From NCBI GenBank assembly GCA_044226625.1, contig JBGAGQ010000051.1, forward strand, positions 1 through 49,426: DNA of 49,426 nt. The letters run 5' to 3'. Made by a program: the position numbers and the translations under genes. This DNA is from Thermoanaerobaculia bacterium. Its GTDB lineage: Bacteria > Acidobacteriota > Thermoanaerobaculia > Multivoradales > UBA5704. The notes beneath the pieces are model-generated. The model worked only from the letters and a program-made list of their open reading frames with translations. It had not been told where the DNA came from and ran no database searches. How positions within the stretch are numbered: the stretch's first letter is position 1; every line of letters starts with the position of its first letter. Of the stretch, positions 14,801-24,221 are shown piece after piece.

Positions 14801-17800
14801 CAGCCGTTTTGGATTGCCGAGGCTGCGATAGGTCATGAATTGAAGGAAGTCGCGTAACAACTCGACCTGCCCGTGGACCCTGTTGCCCTCGAGATCCAGG
14901 ATCTTCAAGTTTTCGGAGAGCAAACCTCCTCGCCCGTCCGCTCTACCGTACTTTGCCGGATCGACGAACGATTCGACCCACCGCTCTTCGAGCCGCAGGG
15001 CGAAAGACGGCACGAACAGTTTGCCGTGATAGCTCTCGAACTGAGTCTGAGCCCGCTCTCGTTGGGCGACGAGGAACTGTTCGATACGTTCGGGAAGGCG
15101 TTCCGGGTCGTCCCGATTGGGCCGATCGGTGAGCAGGGACGGAAGGTAGACCTCGGACTGGAAGATGCTCGTGAGCAGGGGAAGGCGAGAGGTCTGGTCG
15201 GCGAGCCACTCGTCGTGCAAGTTGCGGCCACCGACGAAGATGAAGCGCGCGGGAGCGACCGACAGGAGGTTTTTCATGTCCGCGAGGAGCTTGTGAAGCT
15301 CCATCGAGCGGCGGCGTTCGGCGTTCAAGATCTCTGCCTGCTGCGGCTCGGTTCCTCCCTCAACCGCCGGTTCGACCCGAGTTCCCAGCTTATCCAACTC
15401 GTCGAAAAAGAAAGTGATCTCCGGCACCGGCAGGCTGATTCGTTGGCTACGCGCCCCGGGCAAATCGATCGCGGCTTCCTGGATCTCTTTCAAGACCTGG
15501 AGGAACTCGAACTCGATCGTCCGCGGATCGAACGGCTCGTGCTGGATCTGACGGACCTGTTCGCCGAGCGGGAAGCCTTCGAGCCATTTGGTCAACGGCC
15601 AGCGCCCCACCCTCGAAGTGCTGCTGGTGCTACCAGTCAGGTTCTCGAGGACGTTGTCGATCTTGGAGACGATGTCGCGGTACGGAAACAGGGGAATCCG
15701 ACGCAGGATCGTGCGGCCGAAAAAGAAGAAGGTGAGCAGAAGCGCCAGGTGGTAGACACGGAAATGGACGCCTCGGCGGACTAGCGCGGGGCGCAGCTCG
15801 CCGTTCCTACGCCGGAGACCTTCGGGTGGCCAGTCGGTCGGCTGGTAGGGAAGCAACATGAACAGCAAATGGCCGCGTCCCTCCTCGTAGCCGATATCCA
15901 CCTCCGTATCCAGCAGATTGAAGAAAAGGCCCTGAAGGATCTTGTCGCCCCACTTGAGACCGCACACGAGATGGACTGCGCTCGAACCGCTCTGCGCTCC
16001 GTCGAAAACCGAGCAGATGTCGCGATATCTGTGATCGACCGAGATTTGAACTTTCGCCATCTCGTGGCTCTCGATCTTCGGCAGCGCGAACCACCGCTGA
16101 CCAACCAGGGTGACGACGGCGAGCAGTGTCACGAGCGCGAGTCCGCGCCCGAGGTTTGCGATGCCACTGTTCCATGCCTGAAAAATTCGTCGATACTGCT
16201 CGCGCAGGCCGACCAGCATCGCTTGGATCACCCGACGGTGATCCAGCCTTTCGAATCCAAGATTGACCGAGACGTTGATCATCGGCAACCAGGCGCGATG
16301 GATTGTCCAAGGCAGGGTCGCTCGCGCGAGGTTGCGCAGACCGTGGGGCTCGATCCAAGGCTCACGTTCGAAGTTACGGCGAGCCCGTCCCTTGGGGTCG
16401 AGCGCGCGATCGGACCGCTCCGCCAAATAAGGCCGCGCCACCCACTCGTAGTCAAGGAAGTAGAAGGCGAGCATGGACAAGAAGGAGGCGAACACCCAAA
16501 GAATCTCTTCCCGCCGGCCATGGAACAGCCGGGGCTGCAATTCTGGTGCGGATGCCGTGACCTCGCATTCTTTCCGGTCCCAAAGCGGCGGCGCCCAGCT
16601 GCCGGTTCCGGTGAGGTAGCCCTGGTCGCAGAATTCCGGCGGGAAAAGGGGCGGTGCCACGGTCGCGATGCGCCAAAGGGGCGCCGGACAACGAAGCAAG
16701 GTGCTCTCGACCATCAACGAGCCGCAGTACTCCCCGCTAACGCCGCAACGGTCGATACTCAGCCATCGATCGGCGGCTCCCGTCAGTCGACAGAGTGCTT
16801 CGGCGACCGGCCGTGGCCGGACCAGCTTTCGCAAGAGCGGCTCGGCGACGGGGAAGATCAAATGCACACCGATCGTGAGCGAGATCGCCGCCTTGATTAG
16901 GAGAGCTTGACGTGGTCGCGGACGAAAGCCTGCGAAGGGGAAGGCTCCCCTTTTGACCTCCGGCGTTCGGCGACCTTCGATGCCCGACCACCATCGCCGA
17001 TACCATCTCCGGACCGCGACGAAAACGAGGGCGGACAGCGCGCAGACGATCAACGCAAAGATCGGGGTGAAGACCTCGCCGGAGCCCAATCCCAGAATCG
17101 TGATCAAACCAACCGTCAAACCGCCTCCCAAATAGACCAGGGCGCCGCTCTTGCGAACGGCGTGGCGCTCGCTGCCGTCGCTCCGCATCTGGTGCCACCC
17201 TTGAAGCACGGACCCCATGCCGAAGAAGATCAAGCCGATCGCGAGGTTGGCCCAGTACGAGCGATCGGGCGAAATCCGCTCGTGAAAGAAGGGGAAATTC
17301 CGAAGCCCCGGCAATGCGCCGAACGGAACGACTCCGAGCAGGAATGAGGGCAACACGGCGAGGAAGAACGGCGCAGGATGACCTAAAACCCGGGTGTGCC
17401 AGAAAAGCCGGCGCCGCTCGCGACGTGCCCAAACCCGTCGATTCCAAGAAGGAAGATGGCGCAGCCTCTGCCGCCGGACGAGATCGTTGCGCGGACGCTC
17501 GAACGAGCTGCTGCGAACCCAGAGATAGAGAGAAGCGAGTACGCAGAACCAGCGGCTCAAGCTGAGAGCCGGGGCTCCAAACGGCCGAACTCCCCAGATC
17601 AAGCCCAGGAGGATGACCGCTGAGACCGAGGCCCACAGCGACGCTTTGGGACGAGAGAGGGCGGTTCGAAAAACATCGGAGAGCAACTCCCAGCCATAGA
17701 GCAGCGGATAGACGCAGACGATGAGCAAGGGAGCGACGACCACCCAGAGCAGGAAGCTGGGCGGTGATTCGGTACCTCGCCCGCCGGCCTTGAGCGCCGC

Positions 17801-18172
17801 CAATGTAAGCAGCTCCATGAGCTGCGAGAGCATCAGAAGGAAGAGCGGAGCGGCGAACAACAACAGCAGGACGAGCGATCGATCCCAGAACAGGGTCCGT
17901 CCGACGTTGCTCCGCAGGAAGCGGTCGAAGACCTCGCTCTCATATTCCTTGAGGCAGTAGTAGACGAAGCTGCTCTTGCCGACGCCCCGATGGCCGGTGA
18001 CCAGGAAGGCGCCTCGACGGCCGGCGCGCAATAAGATGTCGATGAAATAGGCGCGCTGCCCTTCGCGCCCAATCAAGACCTCGTCGGCCGGAGACTCGGC
18101 TTCGGTGCTCGCCTCGAAACGTCCGAACGGCGCCGCGTAACGACGGTCCGAAAACCTCTCCGGCTTTGCCAT
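11861..18172 (-). CDS. Giant (~2100 aa) membrane-inserted P-loop NTPase (KAP/AAA-like) with long helical C-terminal region
   Basis: GGAGG RBS before ATG 18172 (ORF is open to 18319). Walker A GHRGVGKSS (~17969-17995), about 12 hydrophobic segments, Walker B FFFDELDK (~15390-15413), FIFVGGR, GNPKRL, TPR-like helical tail. Confidence 0.8.
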   Translation of the reverse strand: MAKPERFSDRRYAAPFGRFEASTEAESPADEVLIGREGQRAYFIDILLRAGRRGAFLVTGHRGVGKSSFVYYCLKEYESEVFDRFLRSNVGRTLFWDRSLVLLLLFAAPLFLLMLSQLMELLTLAALKAGGRGTESPPSFLLWVVVAPLLIVCVYPLLYGWELLSDVFRTALSRPKASLWASVSAVILLGLIWGVRPFGAPALSLSRWFCVLASLYLWVRSSSFERPRNDLVRRQRLRHLPSWNRRVWARRERRRLFWHTRVLGHPAPFFLAVLPSFLLGVVPFGALPGLRNFPFFHERISPDRSYWANLAIGLIFFGMGSVLQGWHQMRSDGSERHAVRKSGALVYLGGGLTVGLITILGLGSGEVFTPIFALIVCALSALVFVAVRRWYRRWWSGIEGRRTPEVKRGAFPFAGFRPRPRQALLIKAAISLTIGVHLIFPVAEPLLRKLVRPRPVAEALCRLTGAADRWLSIDRCGVSGEYCGSLMVESTLLRCPAPLWRIATVAPPLFPPEFCDQGYLTGTGSWAPPLWDRKECEVTASAPELQPRLFHGRREEILWVFASFLSMLAFYFLDYEWVARPYLAERSDRALDPKGRARRNFEREPWIEPHGLRNLARATLPWTIHRAWLPMINVSVNLGFERLDHRRVIQAMLVGLREQYRRIFQAWNSGIANLGRGLALVTLLAVVTLVGQRWFALPKIESHEMAKVQISVDHRYRDICSVFDGAQSGSSAVHLVCGLKWGDKILQGLFFNLLDTEVDIGYEEGRGHLLFMLLPYQPTDWPPEGLRRRNGELRPALVRRGVHFRVYHLALLLTFFFFGRTILRRIPLFPYRDIVSKIDNVLENLTGSTSSTSRVGRWPLTKWLEGFPLGEQVRQIQHEPFDPRTIEFEFLQVLKEIQEAAIDLPGARSQRISLPVPEITFFFDELDKLGTRVEPAVEGGTEPQQAEILNAERRRSMELHKLLADMKNLLSVAPARFIFVGGRNLHDEWLADQTSRLPLLTSIFQSEVYLPSLLTDRPNRDDPERLPERIEQFLVAQRERAQTQFESYHGKLFVPSFALRLEERWVESFVDPAKYGRADGRGGLLSENLKILDLEGNRVHGQVELLRDFLQFMTYRSLGNPKRLRELLAWFVRPVGRYVGATDLRERSFCCDHVLLFDEVERFRIQLLARIYRHINFTFDQGFSRHDDKMTVSVFYLSDFLFKFHRRAFSWSSLERVEDMVQIHRAPDLREVMETMVEHWAERFLHRIRNGMYDFRFRSELAREVEYISRHSPAEMAAFNFTLDESRALKSIYETTIRRLKDGPGRELQDFVSGLGELHEFDQEFETARVHYRNAISLIDGELRAITGGSELLEKASPMMQVLAGWKPGPEQARRYLTWGIARLRLMLQVGMTFELARNHERASVEYDNAATLARAMQLALLDDEGRALAVAADISRVFLDSGEDRLDVLKHLNILFQPVFAGAWVAEKLIGAVDTSTTLVESTLWELRAILPFVREPRVAPAGGPIAVGHSNFALIAAEIHNKAGDLYFLKGRQLVSTEAIEKLAEEVSQTELSRPRHGQEGYLLQAHYHYAVGLHELRRFTAYRRWSSAAKMNIKSREAFPDGAPAETLEREGWPDFVFRSLGGTLNDFAEVMIGRVSLYGMLRDLNRELPRFEDPRPPGQRRATETLVEACRDWMELISDRTASTSGSPMDGRQTQEEIDRIVGHRIVAALGDQALDCGTLGGWFGRWNESRVPHDKDRRLVEFEEWRQHDDLERLTVALNLMLVGGKFLEKGGYIEDAAREFLKVAEIATSYLWWWETIRRLVDWHSNGKRRPRPCLQYRVLELDARLCKEQRVREHPFWDYLGRVAMYGLEKADQLFRRSRVADRLDRYLVGDKVPVECLIGACSLGLVNYQRNAFLPELPDLVRSWLGPEAGRFDGTQTAFRSRLEETLERHSYPMLARLQGLKVLIDDSVLQELGAAGREPIRVLAHELYDLTERLSSPLHFTPMHSGTTYALVYLYFVEIVGCERSDFEIVRRAAQVDLRRSEEMYTLRRAFYESISDLFYLYDDFNDREVHFNHALQMAGSELVSMLRYLITSPDYEGVHETPLTIPETIYRGA

Positions 18173-18476
18173 CGAGACCTCCGATTCCGAAAAACGATGG
18201 AAAGCCCGTCGGGGCTTCTTCTCGGCCGAGGAAGGGGAAGCGACTACGACACTCGAAAGGATGTGCTTGAAGGCTGCCGCATCCTTCGCTCTCCTGTCAA
18301 GATGTTCCGCGAAAACCACGAGTCGATCGTGCCATCGGATCCCTGGAATCGGATCGACCGCTCGGCGAGTCGGTGAACGACATGCACCCGTCCCCTGTCG
18401 TCTTTCGCTTACCGTTTCCGATCTTCCTCGAGGCCGGCGCGATGTCGGACGTCGCGTCGGAAACCAGGAGAACGAG

Positions 18477-18617
18477 ATGCATCAGAAAAAGGAAACGAAC
18501 CGATCGAACGTCCACCCGACCCGGCAGGAGCGCCTCGCGCGGCTTTTGTTCGGCGCCCCGGCGAGCCCTGGGATCACGCTCGATCCCATCAAGTGGCCCG
18601 AAGCGCTCGGAGAGTAA
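18477..18617 (+). CDS. 46-aa hypothetical peptide, divergent from the giant NTPase
   Basis: AGGAG RBS 6 nt before ATG; MHQKKETNRSNVHPTRQERLARLLFGAPASPGITLDPIKWPEALGE. Confidence 0.5.
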   Translation: MHQKKETNRSNVHPTRQERLARLLFGAPASPGITLDPIKWPEALGE

Positions 18618-19073
18618 TCCGCGCGCGGGATTCCACACCGGCGCTCTGATTCCGTGATCCGGAATTGAATTGGATTGACGGGAGGTCGAGGGGAAAAAGC
18701 GCTCGCCCCCTCGATCGCTCGTTCGGCGGCGGGTCCAACCCACAGAGACGGTTGCGGCCCGCCGACTTTTTCAGCCAGCGATCTCCCACCCGCGGGAGCG
18801 AGCCCTCGAACCGACTCTTGGGACGAAGAACGAGGCGCTGCATGGAAAATTCGCGTAAGCTCTGGGCCCTCTCACCCCCGGCGGCCGGCTCGGATCCGCA
18901 TTCGGTTCCCGTCGTGCGGCGCCGTCGAGGCTGCAAGACCTCCGCATCGTCGAGGCGCGGAGGGACAGGGGGAACGAGGCATGGGAGTCAAGGCGCCTGA
19001 TTGGATTCGTGTCGTTCCTGCGCCAAAGGGATCGAGACGGGCCGGCCCGACTGGGCCGTCGCTCGAGCGCCCG

Positions 19074-19814
19074 ATGCCCCAGATCGATTCCCTGCCTTCG
19101 CCGGAAACGAGCCAGCTCCTCGCCGACATCGCGAAGCTCCCCGCCGATTGGCACGGCGCGGGCTCCCTTCGCTCCGATGTTCTCTCGGCGATCGCCCGCC
19201 ATGCGGCGTGTCGGGAGATCCGCCATTCGGCCGAGACGGGCACCGGGCGCAGCACCCTACTCTTCTCGCACCTATCCCCCGATCACCTGGTGTTCACCGC
19301 GGACGACCGGGGCAACGGCGACAGCCTCGATCGGGTGCGGCAATCGCCTCTGTTGCGGCAGGATGCCGTCCGGTTCGTCCTCGGGCCGACCCAGCGGACC
19401 CTCCTCCGCCATCCGTTCGAGCATCCGTTGCAGTTGGTTCTGCTCGACGGGCCGCACGCCTATCCGTTCCCGGAGCTCGAGTACTTTGCGCTCTACCCCC
19501 ATCTCAGCGAGAACGCCCTCCTGATCGTGGACGACATCGACGTGCCGACCCTCTTTCAGATGTACCGCTTCCTCAAGGAAGAGCCGATGTTCGAGCATCT
19601 CGAAACGGTACACACGACGGCGATCTTCTCCCGGACGAAACAAGCCCTCTTCGAGCCGTTGGGAGACGGCTGGTGGCTCCAGGGATACAACCGCAAGCGC
19701 TACCCGATCGTGGATCCCGAGATCCCGGTCTCGGCGACTGACGCTCTCAAGCGCCGCGTCCCGGCTCCAGTCAAGAAAGCGATCCGCAGGCTGTTACGCG
19801 GGTTTCGCGAGTGA
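19074..19814 (+). CDS. Class I SAM-dependent methyltransferase (Methyltransf_24-like)
   Basis: AETGTGRST motif I, LVLLDGPHAY, LLIVDDI; start uncertain (alternative ATG at 18981). Confidence 0.8.
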   Translation: MPQIDSLPSPETSQLLADIAKLPADWHGAGSLRSDVLSAIARHAACREIRHSAETGTGRSTLLFSHLSPDHLVFTADDRGNGDSLDRVRQSPLLRQDAVRFVLGPTQRTLLRHPFEHPLQLVLLDGPHAYPFPELEYFALYPHLSENALLIVDDIDVPTLFQMYRFLKEEPMFEHLETVHTTAIFSRTKQALFEPLGDGWWLQGYNRKRYPIVDPEIPVSATDALKRRVPAPVKKAIRRLLRGFRE

Positions 19815-19982
19815 GCGAGTAGGACGGAGGCGCGAAGCGCCTCTCCGATTGCCCTCCCTTCTTTGCTGCAAACCTCCATAGAACGTTTTCGCAGAACACC
19901 ACCGCGCGCTCGGCTTCGACTATCATCCAAGTCACTTCCCGGTCGCACAGTTCAACGCTTCGCCTCCAGAGGAGAGACAGCC

Positions 19983-20702
19983 ATGTCTCCGCGGGTTCGG
20001 CCGTCCAGCTTTTTCCGTGTCCTCGTCCTCGGTTGCGGTTTCACCCTGGGGATCGCTGCCCCGCTCCTTGCGGGGGATGGTTGCACCGACCAATCGCCCC
20101 GCCGCCTGGAACGTTGGAATTTCGAGGGGCTCCCTTCCAGGGTCGCCAAGGGCGACACGGAAAACACGATCGTCTTCACACCGAAGGACGGGGCGCCGGT
20201 GACGCTCACGCGGTGTAGCCAGCATTACCACTGCTGGATCGAAAACCTTCAGCCGAATTGCTCGGGCCAGCGCGCGACGGAACGAGGAGGCCCTCCGGGA
20301 GAGTGCCCGGTCGATCCGGCGAAGCTACCCGCTGGGAGCTGGGTCGAGATCCACACCGCCTATTCGAAAACCCCGACGACCCCTTGCAATAAACCCGAGT
20401 CGCTCGACTGCTGCGTGGGCGACCCGGTCGTCGTGATGGGCTACCACGCGCGGGTCCAGGCGGATACGAAACCGGCACCGACGCCGGTCGATTGGGGCCT
20501 GCCGGCCGCCGAGTGGTCGGGCTCGAACACGGGCCCCGACAACGGCGGCTGCAAGACAACCCGCGCCTGGTGGCGCTTCAGCCTCGGATGCGAGAGCCAG
20601 ATCACCCGGGGTCAGCTCAAGGAGTTCACCCACCCGGATCGAGCACGGGGGCTCCAGCCCCCGGCTCGGCTGAGCCACGACCTCACACGGGTCGATCCCT
20701 AG
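19983..20702 (+). CDS. Secreted carbonic anhydrase-like protein (alpha/delta fold)
   Basis: GAGGAG RBS, signal peptide, QSPR, CSQHYH..IEN, VEIH, WSGSNTGP, ITRGQLKEF, ARGLQP; three His as candidate Zn ligands. Confidence 0.6.
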   Translation: MSPRVRPSSFFRVLVLGCGFTLGIAAPLLAGDGCTDQSPRRLERWNFEGLPSRVAKGDTENTIVFTPKDGAPVTLTRCSQHYHCWIENLQPNCSGQRATERGGPPGECPVDPAKLPAGSWVEIHTAYSKTPTTPCNKPESLDCCVGDPVVVMGYHARVQADTKPAPTPVDWGLPAAEWSGSNTGPDNGGCKTTRAWWRFSLGCESQITRGQLKEFTHPDRARGLQPPARLSHDLTRVDP

Positions 20703-20735
20703 TCGATTTCTGACTGCCCCGGCGCCGCGCGGCGA

Positions 20736-21053
20736 TCACTTCGCCGCGCACGCCCCTTCGTGGTCGACGTTCACCCCAGCAACCGCCGCGAGACAGGCGT
20801 TGTCGTAGGTCTTGCCGTCGCAGCCGCACATCGGCTTCACGATCGGATGCCCGTGCTCGACGCACTCCTTGGGCCGAGCTTCGCACTTGCCCGCCTTGCC
20901 GCATTCGCCGAACAGACTGGCGCAGAACTCGTCGGCGCCGCACTGGTCGTTGGCGGTGCAGGTCCCCGCGCTCGCCAACGCTCTGAGCGGAGAGCCGAGG
21001 AGCAGCAGGGCGAGGGCAAGGGTTCGGGCTGTTTTCGTGTCGGTTCGTCGCAT
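20736..21053 (-). CDS. Secreted Kazal-type serine protease inhibitor domain protein
   Basis: Signal peptide; PMCGCDGKTYDNAC..A..G....HEGAC Kazal signature; 10 Cys. Confidence 0.85.
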   Translation of the reverse strand: MRRTDTKTARTLALALLLLGSPLRALASAGTCTANDQCGADEFCASLFGECGKAGKCEARPKECVEHGHPIVKPMCGCDGKTYDNACLAAVAGVNVDHEGACAAK

Positions 21054-21210
21054 GGAAGCCTCCGGCGTAGGGTTCGAGAGGCCGGAGTCTAACGGAGCAG
21101 GCGGCGGACCGAGCGCACGGCGCCACGGCTATACTCGCCGGCACTTCGCCCCCGTTTTTCTTGCCGGCAGATCGAGGCGATCGCCTTCGATCGATCGAGA
21201 GGAAGATCCG

Positions 21211-22839
21211 ATGAGAAGCTCCCGCACCCTCGTCGCCATGCTCGCGTTTTTCTGGATCGCCGGGATTCCCGGAGACTCCGCGCTCGCCGCAGCGACGGAC
21301 TCCTATCGAGAGCTCGTCGCCCTGTTTCAGGAATGGCGGACGTTCGAGGTGCCGCCGTCGCGCGACGGCGCGCCGGATTACACCGCGGCAACGTTCGCGA
21401 AGAGGAACGCGGCGATCCCGGGGTTCTTGAAGCGGCTCGAGGCGATCGACGTTGCGGGCTGGTCGGTCGAGCAGCAGATCGACCGCGAGCTGGTGCGCGC
21501 CGAGCTCAACGGCTTCGATTGGAACGTGCGCGTGCTCAAGCCGTGGGAGCGCGACCCCGCCTTCTACACCACCATCCAGATGGAGCAGAGCGATACGCCG
21601 GTGCACGAGGGACCGACCCACCACGGCCTTGCGGAGATCTGGACCTATACGTTCCCGCTCTCCTCCTCGGACGAGGCGAAGCTCGCGGCCGAGCTGCGGC
21701 CGATCCCGGCGCTGCTCGCCCAGGCACGGCTGAACCTCACCGGCGACGCGCGCGATCTCTGGATCACCGGAACCGGCACGATCCAGGGGCAGGCCGAGAA
21801 TCTCGCCGAGGTCGAGAAGAAGGTGGCCGCCGCCGGTCCGGCGCTCAAGAAGGCCGTCAGCGACGCCCGTCTAGCGACCGTGGATTTCGTCGGCTGGCTC
21901 CAAACGCAGGCGTCGAAGAAGACCGGCCCGTCGGGAGTGGGCAAGGAGGCCTACACCTGGAGCCAGCAGCACGTGCATCTCGTACCGATGACCTGGGACG
22001 ACGAGGTCGGCCTCCTGAAGCGCGAGCTCGCGCGGGCGCACGCCGCCCTCCGTCTCGAAGAAGAGAGAAATCGCGGCCTTCCCGAGCTCGTTCCCGCCGC
22101 TTCGCCCGAGGAATACGACAAGCGGGCGAACGCCGCCGTCACTCGCTATCTCGCGTTCTTGAAGGCCAAGGACCTTTACCCCATGCGCGACAGCATGGAC
22201 GCCGCCCTGCGCGCCCATCTGGGTGGGTTCGTGCCGATCGAGACGCGCAACTTCTTCGCGATCGCGATGCACTACGAGCCGCTCACGCTGTACACCCACT
22301 TCTACCACTGGTGGGATCTCGCTCGGCTGCGCGACGAGCCGCACGAAAGCCCCATCCGCCGCGGCGCGCTCCTCTACAACATCTGGGACGGCCGCTCGGA
22401 GGGGATGGCGACCGCGATGGAAGAATTCATGCTCCACGCGGGCCTTTACGACGACGAGCCACGCGTCCGAGAGATCGTCTGGATCATGCTCGCCCAGCGC
22501 GCGGCGCGCGGCCTCGCCTCGCTCTACGCCCAGGCGAACGTCTTCGACCTTCAGCAGGCGAAGGCCTTCCAGGTCGAATGGACGCCGCGCGGTTGGATGC
22601 GCCCGGATCTCGACCTGCTCGGTTTCGAGCAGCAGCTTTATCTGCGCCAGCCCGGCTACGGCACCAGCTACGTAACCGGCAAGGCGCAGCTCGACGAACT
22701 GATTCGCCTCCGGTCCCAACAGCTCGGGAGCGTCTTTTCGATGCGCCGATTTTTCGACGAGGTGAACTCGGTCGGCATGATCCCGGTCTCGATGATCCAG
22801 TGGCAGACGACGGGGCGGAAAGCAACCTCCGCGCCTTGA
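21211..22839 (+). CDS. DUF885 family secreted protein
   Basis: RBS GAGGAAG, signal peptide, PWERDPAFY, RSEGMATAMEE, QPGYGTSYVTGK, FSMRRFFDE...GMIPVS. Confidence 0.8.
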   Translation: MRSSRTLVAMLAFFWIAGIPGDSALAAATDSYRELVALFQEWRTFEVPPSRDGAPDYTAATFAKRNAAIPGFLKRLEAIDVAGWSVEQQIDRELVRAELNGFDWNVRVLKPWERDPAFYTTIQMEQSDTPVHEGPTHHGLAEIWTYTFPLSSSDEAKLAAELRPIPALLAQARLNLTGDARDLWITGTGTIQGQAENLAEVEKKVAAAGPALKKAVSDARLATVDFVGWLQTQASKKTGPSGVGKEAYTWSQQHVHLVPMTWDDEVGLLKRELARAHAALRLEEERNRGLPELVPAASPEEYDKRANAAVTRYLAFLKAKDLYPMRDSMDAALRAHLGGFVPIETRNFFAIAMHYEPLTLYTHFYHWWDLARLRDEPHESPIRRGALLYNIWDGRSEGMATAMEEFMLHAGLYDDEPRVREIVWIMLAQRAARGLASLYAQANVFDLQQAKAFQVEWTPRGWMRPDLDLLGFEQQLYLRQPGYGTSYVTGKAQLDELIRLRSQQLGSVFSMRRFFDEVNSVGMIPVSMIQWQTTGRKATSAP

Positions 22840-22993
22840 AATCCGGGGGCTCGGGCGACCCGTCGTGATTCTCGCCTCCGTCCGAGCCCCTCTCGGTTCC
22901 TCGCTTCGCCGACCTGTCGGGTTTTCCCCGCGCTTTTCGATCTTCCTCTCGTGGACGCGTGGCTCAACGTCGAGCCCGCGGGCGCCCGGAGGA

Positions 22994-23647
22994 ATGAGCT
23001 CGGTGCGATGGATCTTTCATGCAACCGGCGCGTTCGTCGGCCGGATCGAGGGGGAGACCCGCGTTTCGTTCTGGCCCGACGAGCCGTCCGAACACGGTTT
23101 CGATCCGGCGCGGCTGATCGCGATCGACCTCGCGCGCACGCCGACCGCCGCCGCGTTGGGGGAGATCGAGCCCGATGCCGTGGAGGTCGACGATGGCTTC
23201 AGCGGTCCGAGCGGCGACGTGCGCGGGACCACGCTGGGCCCCCGCTGGCCGGAGATCCAGATCGCCGGCGCCGTCTATCTGGAGAGCCGATTTCGAGACC
23301 GGCTTCCTTCCGCGTTACGGCCGGCGTTGCCGCCCCGGCTTCTGGGAGGACGGGCGCACGAATACACGACCGTCGTCTACGGACCGGGCCCTTCCGATCC
23401 GCGGGCCGGTCGGAGGTACGCGGGGCATCACGGCAAGATCCTCGAGGAGCGAGGCACGCTGGCGAGGGTCGCCGTGTTTCCCCAAGGAACTTCCGACCGG
23501 CCGACCGCTGGCCCGGCGGCGATGTGGATCGACCTCGCCGCTCCGGACCAGGTCGACGCCGGTCCGGACAGCCTCACCGAGATCGGCCTCGGCCGGGCCG
23601 GCGAAGGGGCGATCTTCCTGATCTCGACTCCGCTCGCGGCCGGCTAG
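22994..23647 (+). CDS. Hypothetical protein
   Basis: Plausible globular translation; stop 7 nt before the next gene; start uncertain (ORF open from 22865). Confidence 0.6.
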   Translation: MSSVRWIFHATGAFVGRIEGETRVSFWPDEPSEHGFDPARLIAIDLARTPTAAALGEIEPDAVEVDDGFSGPSGDVRGTTLGPRWPEIQIAGAVYLESRFRDRLPSALRPALPPRLLGGRAHEYTTVVYGPGPSDPRAGRRYAGHHGKILEERGTLARVAVFPQGTSDRPTAGPAAMWIDLAAPDQVDAGPDSLTEIGLGRAGEGAIFLISTPLAAG

Positions 23648-23654
23648 ATCCTTC

Positions 23655-24221
23655 ATGGCCACGCCGTCGATCCACGTCATCTCGGCCGATGCCTTGAGCG
23701 TCCTGTCCGAGCCGCTCCTGCGGTCCGCGCGCTCCGCCGTCGTCCGATCGCTCGCCGAGATCGGGCCCGTCCTGGAGGCGTACGCGGCGGAGCCGATCGG
23801 GCCCGCCGTCCACGTCGACCTGATCGGCCATTCGACGCGGCGCTCTCGGCTGCTGCAGATGGGCGGAACCGTCGTCGACCTCCACGACGTCCGCGTCCGA
23901 AACGTCTTCGAAGAGATCGCCAGGAGCCGGGTTCTCCCCCGGGCTCACGCGGTGTCGCTCCGCCTGCTCGGCTGCGAGACCGCCGTCTCGGACACCGGCA
24001 AGCGCACCCTTCGCCTGTTGTCGGATCTCCTGGGGTTGCCGGTCTTCGGCACTAACAGACGCCTGTCGAGGACCCACTACACGGTCGAGGGGTTCAACCC
24101 TCTGTTCGGCTTCGCGCTGGTCGAGGGTGCGCCGTCGCCGCTTGCCGGCGCATTGCCCGGCACGACCCTCCGGGCCTCCGCGCTCCGAGAACCGCGTTTC
24201 CCTGTCGGACCTGTAGGCTAG
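23655..24221 (+). CDS. Hypothetical protein with caspase-hemoglobinase (clan CD; C80/DUF4347-like) His-Cys motifs
   Basis: VDLIGHS and LRLLGCET strand-end motifs, then L..LLGLPVFG. Confidence 0.6.
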   Translation: MATPSIHVISADALSVLSEPLLRSARSAVVRSLAEIGPVLEAYAAEPIGPAVHVDLIGHSTRRSRLLQMGGTVVDLHDVRVRNVFEEIARSRVLPRAHAVSLRLLGCETAVSDTGKRTLRLLSDLLGLPVFGTNRRLSRTHYTVEGFNPLFGFALVEGAPSPLAGALPGTTLRASALREPRFPVGPVG

